A stretch of DNA of 54,488 bases, counting the filler, from Sluysia triapertura (Eukaryota), in NCBI GenBank assembly GCA_046118255.1. It is 4 parts of 4 records of this genome, joined end to end, with 100 filler letters (N's around TTAATTAATTAA, not from the genome) between each part and the next. Parts side by side here need not be neighbours in the genome. Positions count along the whole stretch, not along the records: positions 1 to 14,402 come from JBJNIA010260845.1; 3 more parts are not named here. One strand, 5' to 3'. Each line of letters begins with the position of its first letter. Positions within the stretch are counted from its first letter, which is position 1. The notes under the pieces were generated by a model. The model was not told the origin of the DNA and did no database searches. It was given only the letters and a program-made list of their open reading frames with translations. The position numbers were made by a program, and so were the translations under genes. Below, in pieces: positions 1-13,527 of the stretch.

Positions 1-622
1 AAAGTTAGTAATTTTTAGTAATAAATAAATATATTTTAAGTAAAATTAATGTTGATCTAAATTTAGTATATGTAATGAACTTATTTAACACCCTAGAAAA
101 ATGTACTCCGAAACATCAAACATAATATGTGTAATTAGTCTATCTTTAGTATTGTTTTTCTTTCTATTACGCAATACAGTAGAACTCATGAAAAAACACT
201 ATCTTAAGGAATTACATTGGTTTCCTATAGAAGCAAGAATATAATTCAAAAAAGATAATGATTTTTCTATTTCAGAAATATTACATCTATGTTAAAGTAA
301 TATAATGAAGTACGTAAGTAAAATCGTTGATAAAAATACAAGATACATACACGTATACATATATACATACAGACACGCATACTTACATAAAGATAACAAT
401 GAAAATATTGCAATAACTTAAAGGATTTTAATAATTATGAAATTATTATGACTGTGTTTATGTTTTATATGTACTGTTTAATAATTTGTTTATGTAAGAT
501 GTGTTGATTTGTGTTTATGTTTGTTTGTGATTGTTATGAGTTAATTTAAATGTTAGATATATCTAATATTCGTACACTAAAGGTTAAATAAAAATTTACT
601 TATTTAAATTAGGTATACTTAC

Positions 623-721
623 TTGCTATGAACAATCAACGTTCCTATAATATCCATTAACTTTTTATCAACTAAAGACAATTTAATCCATAAATATTTG
701 ATAGAATCCACACTTTTTGGT
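623..721 (-). CDS. SGSM: SGSM1/2-like (RUN and TBC1 domain protein) coding exon, RUN domain; gene continues beyond the left edge
   Basis: cag|ACC...CAA|gtaagt splice sites, phase 2/2. Translates (R)PKSVDSIKYLWIKLSLVDKKLMDIIGTLIVHS, matching the recalled SGSM2 segment [28 protein letters not shown]. Confidence 0.88.
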
Positions 722-995
722 CTGAAATTAAATTGGAAATTTAAAATAAAATGTATACTTATTAATTTTCGATAATAAATGTAACACTAAAGTAATGCTC
801 AAAATTATGGAACATGCTCAGTAGCGTTCTTAACAAGCTCCAAACTTTGTAGTGAACTTTGTTTAATCAAAATGAAATATTTTTTAAATATTACAATAAA
901 CTGCAGAGTGAGCATGTTTTATTTGTGTTATTATTTATTCTTTATCCTATTCATAGGACCCATTTTTATTTATGCTTGGAATTTCAAAATCGAAA

Positions 996-1419
996 GGCCA
1001 AATTATTAGACTAAAGATCATTTTTGTGATAAAATTCAAAATTTTTACATAGAGAAATTTTATTCATTTAGAATGATTACACAATTTACTACAAATCAAA
1101 TATGTACAAACTGTTGTATCAGTACTTTGTTTACCTTCCTTTGTTATTCAATAATTTCCTGTTCCTTAAAGGCATGCTACAGATGAGCTTGGGGCACAAG
1201 TCTTTGATCTTGTCGCTGTGATGTCATACTTTTATAAGGGTTTCAATAAGTTCCGTCCTAGTGGTTGGTTTATGGGTAGAAAATCTCCTTTTGACAATCT
1301 CCCACAGATTTTCCATTGGATTCATGTCTGGAGAATTTTAAGGCCAGGTTAGCAAATATTAAGAAAACCAAAGAAAAACATATTTTTTCTGTTTTAGTCT
1401 AATAATTTGGCCACGACTG
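996..1419 (-). mobile_element. Internally deleted Tc1-family DNA transposon in an SGSM intron
   Basis: Inverted repeat GGCCAAATTATTAGACTAAA at 996-1015 and ~1393-1412. The right end reads TA-CAGTCGTGGCC (Tc1-type terminus; the left tip is missing). Minus strand encodes WP*NSPDMNPMENLWEIVKRR...SMPLR...NKGR*TKY, the Tc1 transposase C-terminus. Confidence 0.85.
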
Positions 1420-1484
1420 TATCATTCAAAATTAGTAACTGTCAAATGTTAAAATTTTGATATTATTAAATGTTTTTCAATTAC

Positions 1485-1911
1485 CTGTTGAATAATCGAT
1501 TTAAAAATGGGCCTGGAAATGATAAAGCACCACTTGATTTCATATTTGAATTGTTTATTCCAGATTCTGAACTATCAAAATTGAATTTGTATCCACCACT
1601 TACATTGTTAGCATAACCAGCCGATTGTACACCTACTCCAAAACTACTGGACGATGTGTTATTGTAGTTTAAATTAGTCATGTATTGATAAGTTCCATTT
1701 GTAGATTGCTGAAATATTTGAACTCGTTGAATAATATTTTTCATTGGTTCAAGATCAACATTTTTTGAAAGTGCGGCGTTGTTCGCATTTGAGAGACCGG
1801 AAGTTTTGCACACACGTTTCAGTAGAGCAAATGAAGACGAATTAGAATCATCTTCCAATAAAAATAAGGAGCGTTTCAGAACGCCATCTAACAAGCAAGC
1901 TTCAATTGCAC
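1485..1911 (-). CDS. SGSM: SGSM1/2-like coding exon (RUN domain with a long Asn/Ser-rich insert)
   Basis: ttcag|GT GCA ATT GAA GCT TGC ... AAC AG|gtaa. Translates (S)AIEACLLDGVLKRSLFLL...FALLKRVCK...IIQRVQ, compared with SGSM2 GAVEACLLHQLRRRAAGFL...LFTKVGK...ICHKVQ. Phases are consistent with both neighbouring exons. Confidence 0.9.
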
Positions 1912-3295
1912 CTGAATATAAAAGCTATTCAATCAAGATTAGTTTATATAAAAATGCTAGGAGGACGACAAATCAGTTAATTTCATTCCTATTTTGATAT
2001 TAATTATTTTATATTTAATCAATATGATCTTTTGTAATAAAACAATACATAGTTTTCGAAATTATATCATTATGTTCACTTCACAACCCCGTTTGGAGAA
2101 ATACAATAATAAAATAATATCCATAATAAAATATTAATAAAAAATTATCTACTCATTAATTTCAAAAAAATAATTTTTATATTATTAAAAAATTTGGTTT
2201 TAATAATCTTTAATTATTTGTACATACTTACAAGACACTGATTGGATGCGAATCAGTATAACTACTGATTCTTTTCAGTATCTCACCATCATTATGCACA
2301 TTTTTTATAATTTACAATCAATTCTTATTAGCTTTACATCATAATTAGTGCTTGTATAAGGGCCATTTGTAATAATTATTTATAATTAGTGATTTAAATC
2401 CTAAACTCCACTTAAATTATTTCTGTAAATCTTTTTTAAAACCCGATTAATGAGGATTAAAATCTGTCATTAAAATATATTTAGTTCAAGTTAAATCGCG
2501 ATAAGACTTTAATTTTAAATCCTTTCCACTTTATTTGTATTGTCTTATTTTGTTTGATCTGCTATATAATTGTAGAGCTGTAAAATATTTATTTTCGGTT
2601 TTATAAAAATATTAAAACTTTGTTTGTTTCACTGAAACAAGAAACAAGAATTTTATCATGGAGGAAGCCAAGAAAATACGGACGAAGTTCCTCTGTGTTT
2701 CTTTGTATTCTTTTCCGTTGGCTAAATGAAATAATAAATCTAAATAACCACAATTTACTGTCATTATCTACCACGGACATTTTCGCTCGATCGCGTCAGA
2801 CTTCTCTACCCCGCTCTGCCGCGCTTTTAATTGTCTTCGATTGGAATATGAGCTAGTTACCTTGTTTAATTTCTTAAAGAATAAAGATACTACTTTTATG
2901 TCTTCTTGTTATTTACCTCATCCTAATCATGATGCCACCACAGTTACCAAAATTCGGCTCCTATAGCAGTGAACATGACCATCGATATTCTTCCAGTAAG
3001 GTTACCCAGTTTACCACTTCTCAGCCTGGTCCTCAAGACGGAGAATTGTGGGTCGACTTACCAGCAGATGCGTATTGAAAGAAATTAACTTAGAATTAAA
3101 ACATTTAGTTATTACTAATACATTTAGTTTACGTAAAAAAAATTTAAAGTTCAGACCCTCGTTATATAATTATAATTATATATATAATTAAATATATCAG
3201 GAACGTCGCTTAGAGCATAAATTCGTTAACTGTGGGCGAACCTAGTCATAATTCTATTTGTTAGTGATCAGTTTAAGAAAAACACTAGCAAATAT

Positions 3296-3313
3296 TGGTG
3301 CCCGAATTGGGAT
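3296..3313 (+). promoter_or_regulatory. Degenerate primer-binding site (tRNA-Lys-like) of an LTR retrotransposon
   Basis: TGGTGCCCGAATTGGGAT matches the tRNA-Lys PBS TGGCGCCCGAACAGGGAC at 14/18 positions. It follows a ...CA and lies ~180 bp upstream of gag-like sequence. Confidence 0.6.
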
Positions 3314-6300
3314 GACAGTATCGAATATTACATATAGTTAAGTGATTAAGTTTTCAAATATCCCTTAAGCGGATATTTTAAGTTAAGATTATGAGTTAAG
3401 TAAGTTAAGAATAGATAATAAAAAAGGTCTTATAAGACATTTCTCATTGAAAAATATTGTTAAAGAAGAAAACAAAGAAATTTAAGATGACACTACAAGT
3501 TGAAGATTTCAAAACACATGACACAATTAACCCATAGTCTTAATCTACCATTATTCTTCTGAGATGTATAAATTCAATGGAGCAGAAGAATTATGTGATT
3601 TTTTTGAATATAACAGCATTGCTGAAGCCAACGGCTAGTCAGAAGTTGAAAAAATCAATAGTATTTGACAGGCGTTACCATACAAACCAATAAAGATTTT
3701 GCGAGGGCGTAATAATATGTTTTAAAATATTTAGACTTTGTTAGATTTCTAAAAATTTTTCTTTTCAATTTTATTTTAATTCTAGTAACAGTTAAATTAA
3801 CATAATCAACTAAATATTTATTTATCGTAACATTATAAAATCTAATAATAAACAAGTTGAATTTTTTACTGTGATTAATAAAAACTAAAACAAAAAATAT
3901 AATATCGAGACAATCACTATTCATATCCAGTTCATAAATGTTCAGTTGAAGCTCAAACTCTTCCTTAACTAGTTCTCTCAAACTTCTTTTATTTGGGCCT
4001 GCAAACCACATTTTGTATCGTACAATAGCTTGACAATATATCTCGTTGTTAGAATATTTATATGAAACATCATGTACTTTTGTTAAGCTTTTATTGTCAC
4101 ACATTTAACATATATTTAAGTAAAAAAAATTTAGCAATTAGCAATATCGATTTTTTTATTATGCCTCTTAGGCAATTAATTTGTATTAATTATTATTATT
4201 TTATTTTAGAACTATAGATACTGGTTCCTCCATAAGGTTTTTGATTTTAATTGATTTTAACAAATATTAACATGTAATAAATTGTGTTATCACTGTACAT
4301 GAAAAATTTCTATATGTTTTTATCTATTATTTTACTTTCAACTGAATCATTTTCTTTAATAATATCCTTTTCTGCTTTGATATATTCTATAAGAGGAGAT
4401 TTAGAGATTCGTTTACGTTTATGAATATGTGATGATCTTGAGTGTGATCGACGCTTTCGTTTTCTTTGTGCTAGACAATGCTTACGTTTTTTCTCTTTCA
4501 TTTGAAAATGTCTTTTCATCATGTCTTTTATGATGTTTAGAAATTTCTTTACTTCTATGTTTATGCGATTTATTTTCTTCTTGGATTTCTGATGATCTGT
4601 CGTAACTGGGTATTGTTTGGGTAATTTTGAAGAACATTTTCTATGACAGCCATCATCGTTTTCTTTATATTTTTTATTGGCTTCATCAAGATTAGAATAT
4701 CTTTTGTCTTTAGAATAGTGACGATGATGTTTAACAGAACCTTTTGATAAACTTCTATAATATTTATCTTGTTTACTATTTAGTCAGTACACTAATTTTT
4801 ACATCCAGATTTTGCATAAAATTTAAATGCTGACATATTAATCAACTTAGAATCCATTTCTGAAGACTTTTGAACTTCCATATCTAAAACTTGACAGGAT
4901 CTATCTGGCAAAAAATGCATTGCCGTATTAATCGTACGTTGTAATCGTCTTTGATCTGAATTTTGTTTCGGTCGTTCTATTGACCTCTGATTCATTTTCT
5001 ATAAGTTGTTTGATATCATCTTCTGTCAAATGAGCTTCGCATCTACGAAAATCTTTATAATCAATAAATTCATCATCTTGATTTAAATATCCCGATATAT
5101 TATTTTTAAATAAACTTTTTTTTGAACTAGGTGAATAAGATATTCAATAACTTCGACACCAGAAAGGAGATAATGCTAATGATATTAAAATTAGAAGCAA
5201 TAAAATGTGAATAATGTGTTAATAACAATAATAACATAGATACATATGCAGCCATACAAACAAGAAGTTAATAAAAAGGAAAATAATTGTGAAGTTAATA
5301 GAAATTATAACAACAATAATAGAATTAAATTTAATGATAAGATTATTATGTATTTTAATATGATGATGTCGGTAGTATTGCGATACTATAAAATTATTAC
5401 AAGAATTATTATTACAATGAATATTATGATAAACAATAAACCTCTTGAAACTGTATGAATTTGCTTACTCACTTAAAGAAGAAGCAACTTTAATTGATAA
5501 ATTTAAAAGAGGACTACGCCCAGAATTAAGAATTTGTAAGTTTAATAGATAAACAATCTTTTAAGGACAGTTAAAAACTTAAGGAGTATTGAAAGGTCGA
5601 GCATTGAGGAGAAAAATAATATAAGTTTAATATAATAATATAATTTTAGTAGAAGCAGAGACAACTTAAGAGGGGAATCATATAGAAATAAAAGTCCTTC
5701 AAACAATAGTAATTTTCAAAGAAACGATTATCTTTCAAATTACAATTTTCGAGGAAATAACCATAAAAACAATTAGTGGAACACAATAAAAAGAGTTAGG
5801 AGAGGATTCTAGAGAAATTATCCAAGTAATACTGGCCAAATAATCAAGGTAATAATTTTAATAGGAAAATGAGCAACAATGAAAGAACTAGTAATTACAA
5901 AATTCAGACAAATATAAATGGCCAAATAATTTGTCATAACTGTGGTAAGCAAGGTCACCACACACGAAACTGTAAGAAACTACAATCTAATACTTTTAAG
6001 TAGGATGACACCGATATGGGCTTCCACGAGAAAGGTAAAATTTGATAGGGGGAATATAAGGACAGTAAATTACAACTACTATGAAAAGCAAGGTATAAGA
6101 AATCAGGAAAATTATAATTTTGATGAAGAGTTTGAAGAGAAAAAATATGGAATGAGTTGCAGGCAAGAGTATTACAGCAATATAACAGAATAAAATTAGA
6201 TAATGATGATTGAAAGAAAGAAACGATAGATCAAAAAGGAAAAACGAAGAAGATGAAATTTTTATAAATTCTCTACGATTATTTTCTAAAATTTTTAAAA

Positions 6301-6860
6301 AAGAAACAAGAAAATAAAGAAGTTAAGATAACAAGATATCCACAAAAAATAGAAGTAGAAGAAAAACAGACAGTATACTAAGAAGATAGGACTGATACGA
6401 AAGTAATGAAGAGCTAATATTGAAAGATAATCAGAAAAAGTAATTAGATGAAGACAAAGAAGAAACGCTTGAAGAAATTACTCAAGTAGAAATACAGGAG
6501 AAAATGGAATTAAGTTTAGAGAATGATAACACTAACGAATTGGAAAATCTAAGCGAAGAACCAATAATAATCTTAGTTATTGAAGACAAAGAATTGGATA
6601 TCCCAGAAGTACAAACTTTCTCACAGATTTATGAAAGGGAGTAGCAAGGGCTAGGAATATGGATGAGAATATGGATAAATTACTTAATTCAGAAATAACA
6701 ATAGCCAATGGACAAAGAATCAAATCGAATTTAGTAACTTTAAGTTGATAAGACAGACCGTATAAAATTATTAAGGAAAATTGGACAAATAGAAAGAATC
6801 CAAAATCCTAAAGCAATTATAAAAATTAATGTGCTAATTAATGAGTCGAAAAATGTCTTT
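3296..6860 (+). mobile_element. Decayed Ty3/gypsy LTR retrotransposon (gag region), interrupted by ~1.7 kb of unrelated sequence (~3720-5435)
   Basis: Fragments KFNGAEELCDFF..EYNSIAEANG*SEVEK..YLTG (~3570-3680), LIDKFKRGLRPELR (~5490-5530), an N/R/G-rich linker, and a CX2CX4HX4C knuckle CHNCGKQGHHTRNC at 5932-5973. Many stops and frameshifts; no RT or integrase seen. Confidence 0.75.
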
Positions 6861-9800
6861 ATAGAACTTCCATGACAACATTAGTAGCCGAAGTTATTGG
6901 CTTACTTAAATTAAACAACACATCAATAGTAAATGTGCGATTATTCTTTCATGATAGAAATTTAGTACCGGATATTTAAATGATTATGAGCATCTCAGAA
7001 AATAACAATGAAATATTAAAAGCAATTATTGAATACGCAGTTCAAAACAAAACAATAAAAATGATGTTCTAAAATATAATATAATATAAATAAATAAGCA
7101 ACTTACAATCATTCTCTTAATTTTAATAGTTGAATTTGTCTCTAACACAAATTAGATATTATGAAAATTTAATCATCAACTTATTGCTTAATTATTATTT
7201 AATTATTATTGCTTAATTATTATTAATAAAATTATTGCTTTATAAATAAAACTTACAAAATTTTAATTAATGTTACATGATTAATAAAGTTCTTTCAGCT
7301 TTTCGATGCTAAAAGTCTGATTTCAAACTCGAATAAAACTCGTTCAATAATTAGAAATATCTAATTATAACACTAATTTCGCACGAAATAACCGAATTTT
7401 AGATTTGACCAGGAGAAATACCAATATTTAACAATAGTTTTCACCACGAGAAATACCAAATTTATTATTGTGTAAAGTTTCGTTTATATCAAAACTGTTA
7501 TTCACGAGAATTAGTTTATTTATTTTTTAATTTAATATTACAAAATTTTTATTTATTTTGTAAGCTAAGTTTTAGTTTTTAGTTTTTTATCGTAAATTGT
7601 ATTTGTTTCAGCAAGTGATTGATCACTCCTCATATTAGGATTAGCGTCATGTTTATCATCTTTTTTTGGGGGGTACTTCTTTTATGCTTGTGATTTATTT
7701 CAATTACATCGTCGTAGGATTTATCGAGATCGTTAATTCAGGCTTCAAAACATGATTTAACTTTACGTACTGACTCTAGTAATATCTTCTAGACTTGAAT
7801 TGACTGTAGACCCATGATATTTGACTTGAAAGCTTAACTCATGAAATTTTGTATTTCTATTAAACTTCAATTTATCATACTTGATACTTGCTTTTTGCAA
7901 ATAGATTAGCATTTAGCTTGTTGTATTACTTTTTGATATTCTATTATTTGTTTTTGTCAATTCCAACTTCATAATCCAAGTGATCAATATAAGTAATAAT
8001 TGACTATCTCAAAATTCACAATGTAAAACTTATCAAATGAATATAAAAGTTAATGTCGTACGAGCAATACGACATAAAGTCACAAATTACCAAATGTCAT
8101 TTAAATGAATGCCAGTTTAAAAGTTTAAACTGAAAGCAAATCTAAAAGATGGTAAGAATAAAATTGTATCGGCTAATCGACAAAAAAGGCAAATGAAAAT
8201 ATGAGAATAGAACATTTTATTAAAAATCAAGAAACTGATAAAGATAAATATTTCATAAAAATGTTAAGCTTAAAAGCTTAAATTTGTATTTGATGCTTTA
8301 TAGATTGAGTGTGATGCTATAAAAAGGAAACAAGAATAATTCAAGATACTATTTGAAAACGAAAAGGATAAACGAGAAAAAGAATACCTACTTTGAAAGG
8401 AAAGTTAGCAGCAGATAACAAAAGATTTTATTTGAATTTTTGATGTTTAAATATTTCATGCACTAAATACAGATATTTCAAAAATTTTACGAATTTTAAA
8501 TTTATGAATTCCAAAGTCATCTTGAGCAAACTCATGCATGGATGTTGAGTTTTAAATTAGTACCGGAAGAAATAAGTCGTAAAATTCCCGGTGAAACTAA
8601 TGGAGTTTTAAATGGATCGTTTTGTTTTGAAAACGATGGTTCGACAAATTATACCATAAAGGTAAGTAAGTAATTAATCTCATAAATCAATAAGAGGAAT
8701 TGATATCTTGTTGCGTGGAAATAGAAGAGGTTATTAATTCAACGAACGATAATGTCAAAGTAAATAAATAAATAATTTATAAATAAATTGAAGTAATCTG
8801 TGCTTGAATTAACAAGAGAATCTTGGCCCTAAATTTTGAACAGCAATTTTTCCAAACTGCACATTTGGAATATGTATTCAATCATACAGATCTTCAATTC
8901 CTTAATGATCTTTGATGATTTAAAGGGTAACAAGTTACTTAATGTTATTTTTATTCTTGTATTCATGGAATTTTTTATTCGATTCAAAAAAACTTTTTAT
9001 GTATTAAACTAATTCTTAAACTTTATAAAGGATATATCAAATATTGTAAGGAAAATTTGAAGTGTTATAAGGCGCTGCTGTTAAAGCATAACGAAAATTT
9101 TGTCGAATGTGTCAAGTGAATTTTAAACGTTGCAGTCAACCCTTTAAAAATCATGGTGAACGGCGAGTTAAATGTTGTAAACAATCTTTCGTAGTTATGA
9201 TTTTAAATTCAATAATATAGATAGTCTTACGTTTTTTTATATTTCAATTTCAATTAATTTTAACTTTATATTCAAAAATAGTGCTTTAAGCATTAACATG
9301 TATTATGCTATAATTTCCAAATTAATAATAATGTGAAGTACCTTTCTGATTACATGTGTAAATCTTCATATCAATTATACCCTTCGCAAAAGTTTGTTCT
9401 CACTTTTACAGATGTAACTGTCTAATTTACGTTATAATTCAATCTCGCTAATGGTACAGCGGAATTGTTAAGAAAATTTTTATTATTTTGGCAGTGACTT
9501 AATCTGGTACCTTTGTTATTTACAAAATTTTCGTAACTATGATTAATTAAGGAAAATTTTAGTTGTTCACCAATAATTGTATGACCAAACCTTTTTAATT
9601 TCTTTGAATTTTTATCAATTAGTTCAAATTTTATTTGTTATTTTTCTTTCTAAATTTTTGTCAGCCTTTTTATTGGCTGTCTAATTTTAAATTTAAAGGG
9701 CACATACAAACACAATAAGACACCCAGCTTGCAATTTTTTATCCAATGAAATTTGAATCGGCACTGAGGTAGCCAATTCACATATGATTGGCAGCCATTT

Positions 9801-12800
9801 TATCTCCATAATTACAATGGATATTATAATTATAATTATAATAATAATAATTATTATTATTAAATGTTGAATAAAGTTATTATAATAATTACTATTGTAT
9901 TGAAAAAGGCATAAATCAAACATATAAACTTCTTCTGTAGATATTTTACACATTTCTAATAATTGTCTTTAAAGGTAAACATTATCTTGCTATTTTCTGA
10001 TAACAGAAATTCCAAACAAAAATAATGATGACGAATTTAAACGAAATATTAATTATTATTAAACTTTCTTTGTAATTGCTTCGGTATTTTTCATAATTTC
10101 AATTTCTCATTATTCTGTGATTCTTTATTATCGTCAGAATAGCAATTCATCTTCGTTTTATGAACTGTGTCATTAATTTTGATCACATTTGATTTGAATT
10201 ATTGTGATCTAAGTTATTCGAAAGCCCATTTAATTTCTTAAGCTGTGAAGTGTAGTTTAGTTGTTCTTGTTTTACACAAGGCGATATATTTAATATTTTA
10301 GTTTTTGCTTGTGACTTTTAATAGTTTCTTTCATAGTGTGCCGAAATAATGCTTTCGTAACATATTGTCTTCTTAATTAATAAGATTTTTGGCTATTTGA
10401 TGATTCTGTCACTACTGTCACTGATATATGAATCTAGTTCTAAGAGTAATTATTCAAATGCAGCATTTAAATGATTTCTACTTAGTTCTTATTTGTTTTT
10501 ATGCAAACTGTTTTTCTTTCTCTAGATATAACATTATCTTCTTTTAATTTAAATTTATAATAAAATCATTACTGTACTGATATAGGGTTAATTTGGAATA
10601 ATAAACACATTTCAACAATGTTTGACTTTTATTTTATTTATAATTATAGTGAGTAGAGTTTATATGAACATTGTATTCTGCCTGCTATTTGATTTGTTGT
10701 GGCGATGAATTTGAATTTTGTGAATAAGAGCAGAAGTACGTTGGAATCTTTCGATACCGTAGAATTTTATTGAATGACAACTAATTGTTTTGCTACTGTT
10801 CGAAGCATTAGATGTACATAGAAGAATAAGAACAGAGTAGATTGGTAATAAGATCATTTTGATTGAAACTTCATTATCAGTTTATTTTGATTGAGTGAAA
10901 GTTATGTTAAAATTATACTAAAGATTTTAAATTGAAGGTTTTGATATTACATGTTTTAAAATTTTGCGGTTTAATCTGCTCTGGCGATTTGAAATAATAT
11001 TTAACACATGTTCAACGTAAAATCGAATTGTCAATTAAGGACTTAAATATTGATTGGAGTAATGTTTAAATGTCGATGTTACTCTTAGAAATGTAATTTC
11101 TGAAGGAATAAATTTTCACAATGACATTAATCATAAAGCTGTTACAAGATTGATCAATTTGCACATGAATAAGACCAAGTATCTAGGAGAGATATTAAAT
11201 GATACATGTTCCGGTCAGAAATGTTATATGATATGAGTGGTGTTAATTATAAAGACAATCTTTTCTATTGTTATGATGTAATCTGCATATGTGCATTGAC
11301 TTGTGATTTAAATGATATTAGATGCAATGGTACATTTGCCTTTGATTTAAATTACGAAAACTCTAATGATATAGCGACTTTTGATTTGAAATGTGTTTAC
11401 GTTTTAGATATATTTTTCTTTCATTTAATTTACGTTGGCTTTTAACTTAATCAATATGAAACGTAGATAAATCATTAATCATGAATCAAAAGTTTTAAAA
11501 GTTTTCACGATAATATATCCTTTTAGAATATATTTTTATTCGCTTAATATTTGAATATCGTTTTCTGTTTAAGGGGTTTCAATTTAGTGTAAATATAAAT
11601 CAATTATGTTACTCATTTGTTTATGTGAGTACCCAAATTTACGACCAAAGTCCCTTTGTTAATGAACATTTAACGGCTCTAAGCCTTTCATTCATAAATT
11701 TTCGACTTTTAATGGCTTTGGGCCTATTAGTTATAATAATTACTTTGTTAAGCGCCCTAAGCGCCATTTTCATTAAGATAATGTAAATAATTTTATTAAT
11801 CAATTTGGTAATATGAAAAATAGATATTTAATTTAATGTAAATTGTGTGAAGTTTTGTTTAATAATATATAAATATAATAATAATAACGATAACTGACTA
11901 GCAGTAAGTAATAATAATAATAGCCATTATAATAGTAATTGATTATAAACATATAAAGGGCTAAGTTTAATAAAAAATTAATTGTGATTGTGCAACAGTT
12001 ATTAAAGAAATAAGGCTTGACATGCACGTGATAAACTATTAGTATATATAGAGCTAGAAAGCACATCTAGTAACACAAGTTAATATTAAACAAAAATTTT
12101 ATTAATAAATTCAAAAAAGAAACAAAAACATTATGATCATCCCTATATCATAACTTAAGTTATTATCTAACACATTTCCGATAAGTCATATATAAAACAG
12201 ACATTGGCTTTATCAGTTATTTAAACGATATTATTAGTTTTACTTGTAGGTTTTCAGTACATTTTAAAAAGCACTTAAAATAAGACTTAAAATCTTATAA
12301 ATTTTCAAAAAACATTTTAACAAAGAAATATTTAAGGATACAAATCTTTAAATAATTCAAATAAACCTTCTATTTCAACGCTATTTACTTCACATAAGTG
12401 CTGCATCTTTACATTATTTATTACACATAAATGTATTAAAAATTATAAATACATTAATATTATAAAAATATTAATTAATAATTATTATTTTGGATTAATT
12501 AGGCCCTTAAAATATGGCGACTTTTAAAACTTCATTTTAAATAGAGGATTAAATTTTAAGGTAATATAAACTATATTTTAATTCTTTAAAACATCATTTT
12601 AAATAGAAGTATAAACTCAGTTAATATTTCATTTCAAAAAATCAATAAAACATTAGCAGTGAGTTATATTTACTACTAACACATAATGCATTTATATACG
12701 TAGTTAAGAATAATATTGACTGACCTATTTCTTTAATGGTGGTAAAGGCTTTATTACTTATTATAAATTAAAATCCAATTCTTATTTCAAGCTAACATAA

Positions 12801-13142
12801 TGTTAGTAATAAAATACTATTTATTTTACATCTTTAAAATAATTAAAAGAACTGTTATGTATTAAGTTTATTGTTTTAATTATTATAGATTCTTATATTG
12901 TCCGCATATTTATTTTGCCGCCACGCGAAAATATCGGGCAATATTTTACAAATGTTAAAAATTTAACTTGTTAAAGAAAAATCAATGTAAATTTAGGCCC
13001 AATCGCTTAATAAAGATACAGGCATAATAAGGGTATCATGTTACAGAGTGCAAAAATGCATGATCGGCGGTTTAGCCACAGTAAATAAAAACATTTATTA
13101 TTAATGCACGGCCCTAAGTTTAGATTTTAAATTAAAACTAAC

Positions 13143-13218
13143 TACATAGACCATTGACAGTTATATTATCAAAATAAATGAATTTTTTAGTAGCAGCTTC
13201 TTCCATTACTCGTTTAAC
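13143..13218 (-). CDS. SGSM: SGSM1/2-like coding exon (start of RUN domain)
   Basis: cttag|GTT AAA CGA...TGT A|gttagt, 76 nt. Translates VKRVMEEAATKKFIYFDNITVNGLC(S), matching SGSM2 [25 protein letters not shown](G). Confidence 0.92.
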
Positions 13219-13265
13219 CTAAGATACAAAAAAATTAGTTTCAAATTAAAAATAAAATAAGTTAA

Positions 13266-13432
13266 CCCATTATCCGCCGATATACAAAAAATTAAATTAA
13301 ATTATTAATATTCTTACTAACAAACTTGAACAAATTTTTGTCATAATTTAATACTTTTATTATTTTATTTAGAAGTTTTACTTATTAAAGAAAAAAATGT
13401 CCCAAAAGTGGGACACATTGGCGAACAATGGG
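13266..13432. mobile_element. piggyBac-type MITE in an SGSM intron
   Basis: TTAA|CCCATTATCCGCCGA ... TTGGCGAACAATGGG|TTAA: a TTAA duplication on both sides, CCC/GGG ends and a 15-bp imperfect TIR. Confidence 0.75.
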
Positions 13433-13456
13433 TTAAAAACACCCAAAAAATCTTAC

Positions 13457-13527
13457 AGCTGCTTTGGTTGCGGCAAGCAATTTGGAATGTCTTTCGTCCG
13501 TAGAATTTTCTTTATCGTCATTAAAAT
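13457..13527 (-). CDS. SGSM: SGSM1/2-like N-terminal coding exon (upstream start exon not located)
   Basis: acag|AT TTT AAT...GCA GCT|gtaaga. Translates xFNDDKENSTDERHSKLLAATKAA and joins in phase 0 to VKRVMEEA (cf. SGSM2 [19 protein letters not shown]). Confidence 0.8.

Noticed and set aside
2232-2305. Candidate SGSM exon with a gtaagt donor (..DSHPISVL)
   Set aside because: The motif-like frame is out of phase with the 1911 acceptor, and no good acceptor precedes it.
2655-2730. Plus-strand IMEEAKKIRTKF resembling the SGSM [10 protein letters not shown] motif
   Set aside because: Wrong strand, no splice sites, and a stop follows. The true exon is at 13143-13218.
3655-12066. Track ORFs 3655-4104, 5246-5458, 9693-9953, 10660-10857 and 11833-12066
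   Set aside because: Low-complexity I/N/Y-rich translations of AT-rich or microsatellite DNA, or off-frame readings of TE debris; no recognisable domains.
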